Shown here: in pieces, positions 55,940 to 64,000 of the stretch
Numbering within the stretch: the stretch's first letter is position 1
How the letters are laid out: each line of letters opens with the position of its first letter
Assembly (NCBI GenBank): GCA_965153355.1
Contig: OZ231126.1
Coordinates: 20,274,001-20,338,000 of the forward strand
Source: Flaccisagitta enflata
Taxonomy: Eukaryota
Reading direction: 5' to 3'
DNA: 64,000 bases
The notes under the pieces: model-generated
What the model was told of the DNA's origin: nothing
Seen by the model: only the letters and a program-made list of their open reading frames with translations
The model's database searches: none
Position numbers and translations under genes: made by a program

Positions 55940-56948
55940 AGGGCAGAGGGAGGGAGGGAGGGAGAGGGAAGGAAGGAGAGGGAGGGAGAGGGAGGGAAGG
56001 AGAGGGAAGGAGGGTGGGAGAAGGAGTAAGGGAGGGTGGGAGAGGAAGGGAGAGGGAGGGGGAGGGGGGAGGGAGGGGGAGCGAGAGTAGGAGGGAGAGG
56101 GGGAGGGGGAGGAAAAGAGAAGGAAAGAGAGAGGGGGAGGGAGGGAGAGAGAGAGAGAGGGAGGGGGAGGGTGAAGGAAAGGAAGGGAGAGAGAGGGAGG
56201 GACGGGAGGGGGAGGGACGGGAGGGGAGGGGGAGGGAGAGATGGAGAGAGGGAGGGGAGAGGGGGAGTGAGAGAGAGGGAGGGAAAGAAAGAGGAGGAGG
56301 AAGAGCGAGAGGGGGAGGGTGAGGGGGAAAGAAAGGGAGGAAGGGAGAGAGAGGGAGGGACGGGAGGGGGAGGGACGGGACGGGAGGGGGAGGGAGAGAT
56401 GGAGAGAGGGAGGGGAGAGGGGGAGTGAGAGAGAGGGAGGGAAAGAAAGAGGAGGAGGAAGAGCGAGAGGGGGAGGGTGAGGGGGAAAGAAAGGGAGGAA
56501 GAGAGGGAGGGAGAGTGGGAGGGAGAGAGGGAGGGAGGGAGGGGGAGCGAAACAGAGGGAGGGAAAGGGAGAGAGAGAGGGGGAGGGAGAGTGAGAGGAA
56601 GAGGGTGAGGGGGAGGGAAAGGGAGGGAGAGAGAGGAAGGGAGGGAGAGGGGGAGGGAGAGAGGGAGGGAGGGAGGGACAGAGGGAAAGAGAGCGAGAGG
56701 GGGAAGGTGAAGGAAAGTGAGAGGGGAGTGAGAGTGAGAGGGGAGAGAGAGAGGGGAGGGAGAGCGAGAGGGGAGGGAAAGGAGAGGGGAAGGGAGGGAG
56801 CGAGGGAGAGAGAGAAAGAGGGAGAGGGAGAGAGCGAGGGAGAGAGAGGGAGGGAGAGGGGGAGGGAGAGAGGGAGGAAGGGAGGGAAAGAAGGAGGGAG
56901 GGAGAGAGGGAGGGAGCACGGGAGGGAGAGAGAAAGAGAGGGTGAGAG
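55940..56948. repeat. 1-kb polypurine/polypyrimidine G/A low-complexity tract with an internal direct duplication
   Basis: Almost only G and A on the plus strand; the block at about 56185-56340 is repeated at about 56343-56500. Confidence 0.92.
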
Positions 56949-57331
56949 ACACACACACACACACACACACAAAACAGCCCTTACGATTTTTTTCCGGTCG
57001 GCGAGAGCCGCCTTTACTGGTAACAATTTGCCTTTAAAAAGTATGGCTTCATTATTGAGTTGAGTAGTAAACCTCGCCCGGGAGTAAGTCCTTAGATTGA
57101 GTGACCATGCTGAAAATAGCATTTAACTTTTATCGGAAACTTGCTTTTTTCATCAGAAATATTCTCACATCCAGATTTGCAACCCAAATTAACCGTTGCA
57201 ATTTTCCGTTTAACTGATTGCTGATTGAGAATCCTTGCTTGAAACTGTTTGTAATCACCCCCATTCGCTACAATCTATAGCCTCGGGTAAAACACCAACA
57301 ACTTCTTTGGCCTTACACTTAATCCATGCAG

Positions 57332-57403
57332 GATAAAATCCGTGACTCAACTCCGAAAGATCACAAAGACGGAATATGCAGCCGCGTAAACAGCGTATAC
57401 CAG
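57332..57403 (+). CDS. Candidate internal exon (DKIRDSTPKDHKDGICSRVNSVYQ), possibly downstream part of the 29411 gene
   Basis: gcag| 72 nt |gtaagc, phase 0-0, open; linkage to the gene not shown. Confidence 0.4.
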
Positions 57404-57494
57404 GTAAGCTGCGAAGCCATTAACAACTGTCAAAAAATTATTGACATGCGCCAGGGCCTATATATGCATGAGCAAGTGACGCGGGGTCACAATA

Positions 57495-58089
57495 ACCTTG
57501 GGGGCATAAAAAATGGCGGATTTTGGAAAACTAATTTCATCTACCTTAAATTAAGAAAAACTATAAAAAATTGGTGACCATTTTGAAGCTCCGTGAAAGA
57601 TCTTTCAAATGAGACGTTGCTAGTTGTCCTAGCTTTATCTGTTTAGATTTGGCATGGGGATGAACACAGGTTATCATGAATTTGAGAATTCACTACAGGA
57701 TATGCAAGGTTTCTGTTTGTTGTAACATGGAAACTAAACGCATTGAGTAAAAAATTCGTTCTTGGCGCCATTTTGAAGAAAATTCGAAGCTCTTTAATTT
57801 GCTCATGGATATCAAGTAGCTGTGACAATTCTGAATTGCATTATCAAGAATAACGTTTGAGACAAAAATTGCTATAGGAAAAAAAATCAATATTTGCCCT
57901 CTTTCAATTGGTGATATTTTTCTTCAAACCTATGTCAATTCTAAACGAATAAAGCTGCGGACACCAGACACGACTCAAATGAAAGATCTTTCAAAGGGCT
58001 TTACAGGCATCACCAATTTCAATCCATTTTTTTATGTTTTGGTTCAATAGAAAGGTTTAAAAATCCGCCATTTTTTTTGCCCCCAAGGT
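57495..58089. mobile_element. MITE with TA duplication inserted into a HINE
   Basis: TIR accttgggggca..aaaaaatggcggatttt / aaaatccgccattttttttgccccccaaggt. A paralogous empty site ggttacaatattgttgccgac is at about 28929. Confidence 0.8.
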
Positions 58090-58181
58090 TATTGTTGCGG
58101 ACGTGTGGGTAGGGGTTTCTAACCCCCTTCCACACACCTCACACTCAAACATATACAAAACAAACAGTCGCAGAAGCGGTA

Positions 58182-59940
<1,759 letters not shown>

Positions 59941-60449
59941 AGCTTCAAAAGCGCTTGTTTTCCCAATTTTCAGCTCGATAACCTTGACGGACAGGTCGGA
60001 CACAGCATCTCATAGAGTTGCGTGTCCACAACCAAAAAAGATGTTTACAGTCAGACCACTGAGATGAAATTTTAACTGAAGTTTGTCTATTTCTTTTGCC
60101 CCATACAGTCAAAATTTCTTCTCACTAAGATGACTTAAACTGTGCTTTATATGTTTGCCATGATTCTATATTATTCCTAGATCAGGTGTTACCATTCAGA
60201 ACTAGAAGAAGCGCGTCATTTACATTTTAAAAGCTTTCTGAAAAGGCGTTAGGATCAACCAACAGACAGAATCGTACAAGTGGAATTGCAATGACAGTAT
60301 GGCTCACAAAAAATATCTTCGCTAATGCTAGCGCCAGCATGCATTTTTGAGCAGGCTAACCAATTCAAAATTCCGTTAAAATAGAACTTTTGTTCCACTT
60401 GGCACGGAGCGCACAGAGAGGCAAGGGACTGATTGAATGACGATCTCAG

Positions 60450-60678
60450 AAATCCTTTGCACGTCCCATGAGACTGATAGCGGCAAAACACTTCTTTCAT
60501 CATTTACATTACAAACGTCGTTTGTTAAACGTGATTTACAAATAGGCAGTGCCAAAACAATTCCTGTCATCAATGCTCAGGGACGGGCAAGACAGTCCAC
60601 TTCCGCCAATCCGACGCAGTTTGATCCTCGACTAAAATCATCCGAAATCACAGGATGCATTCTCTTCAATAAAGAAGG
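60450..60678 (+). CDS. Candidate internal exon of unknown affiliation
   Basis: tctcag| open, non-repetitive frame ILCTSHETDSGKTLL...GCILFNKE |gtcgct; weak donor. Confidence 0.35.
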
Positions 60679-61220
60679 TCGCTCACTGGTTTCGATTTTA
60701 GATTAAACTTATTTTTAGGTGCGCCAACGCAACTGGCTGTGTCCGTTGGTTGGTTGGTTGGTTGGTCTAACGCATTCGTTCGACGATCCACACGGCGCAC
60801 CTTGTTGGCCTACTTAGCCTTGTTTTTCGGGTGAATCGATCCGTCATCTACGGGATATCAGAGGAGGCGTAACGGACGGACGGACCCTCTTATAGAGACG
60901 CGATTATGCACCTAATAGCGTCCTAGTCAGTTAACTTATACCTATATCTATCTTCTCTTTTGAAGGCATAAGACAAATGACGCTCTCGTAAAAAAAACAG
61001 AGGAGGAGGAGAAAATTCCCCATGTGTGTAAAAGCATAGGTCTACGACCCCTTCTGGGCCGCCACCCTAAAAGGGGACCGACCGACCGACATAGCGGGGT
61101 GTAGAAAACTTAATTTCAAAGCTAATTGAAGAAAACCATTGGAAATTGCGCATGGTCTTTTAAGTGGCTTTGTCCGCCAGTTCGTCTGCCGAGCAGTATG
61201 CGAAAACTGAGCAAAATTTC

Positions 61221-63629
<2,409 letters not shown>

Positions 63630-64000
63630 GTTAACACAAAATGCCGTTGCATCAAATGCGTTGCTATGGGCAGTGAAAAATGGAATAAATTTGTTAATGA
63701 GGAATTTTGCGCACTCTGTCATCCAACTTGCTAAAAGAAGCTAGAATACTTTCCCCTCCAAAGTTATAGACATGGGTGTACGGGGAGGGACGTCAGGGAC
63801 GTCGGCCAACGTCCCTGTTTGTCGGACTTAAACCCCTGTCCGACTTGAGCCCATGCAGAAAGAGATAGCAAAAATAGAAAAAAATAAAACAAACAGAAAA
63901 ACAAAAAAAGGATAAGGCAGTTTCCACAATAGACTAGACTGGCGGAAATCAGGCGACTGAATTCGTTAACATTGATAAAAATGTCATAATTTTATAATGG

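Noticed and set aside
55898-57122. Pro/Ser/Leu-rich extensin-like ORFs
   Set aside because: Polypurine tract open in nearly all frames.

Overview
This is eukaryotic (most likely invertebrate animal) genomic DNA, very rich in microsatellites and non-autonomous transposons. Most ORFs in the track are simple-repeat or antisense artefacts. Reading splice sites and exon phases by hand gave four host gene models. (1) A minus-strand low-complexity polyQ/polyN coding exon of about 2.45 kb (2199-4652). (2) A six-exon, 226-aa orphan gene (10146-15134). (3) An ankyrin-repeat gene (21440-28893). (4) A gene of at least 14 exons (29411 to at least 44366, 773 aa so far) for an apparent type II membrane protein with divergent YWTD/LDLR-class-B-like propeller motifs. 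Mobile DNA includes a 5'-truncated APE+RT LINE running off the left edge, and many Helentron/DINE-1-like (HINE) short elements, some carrying tandem arrays. There are also more than 15 TIR elements/MITEs, many with readable target-site duplications (TA, TTAA, 5, 7, 8, 9 bp). These include two large modular foldback elements and a 3.2-kb TIR element with a decayed ORF. All gene models and superfamily calls come from manual reading only; no database search was run.
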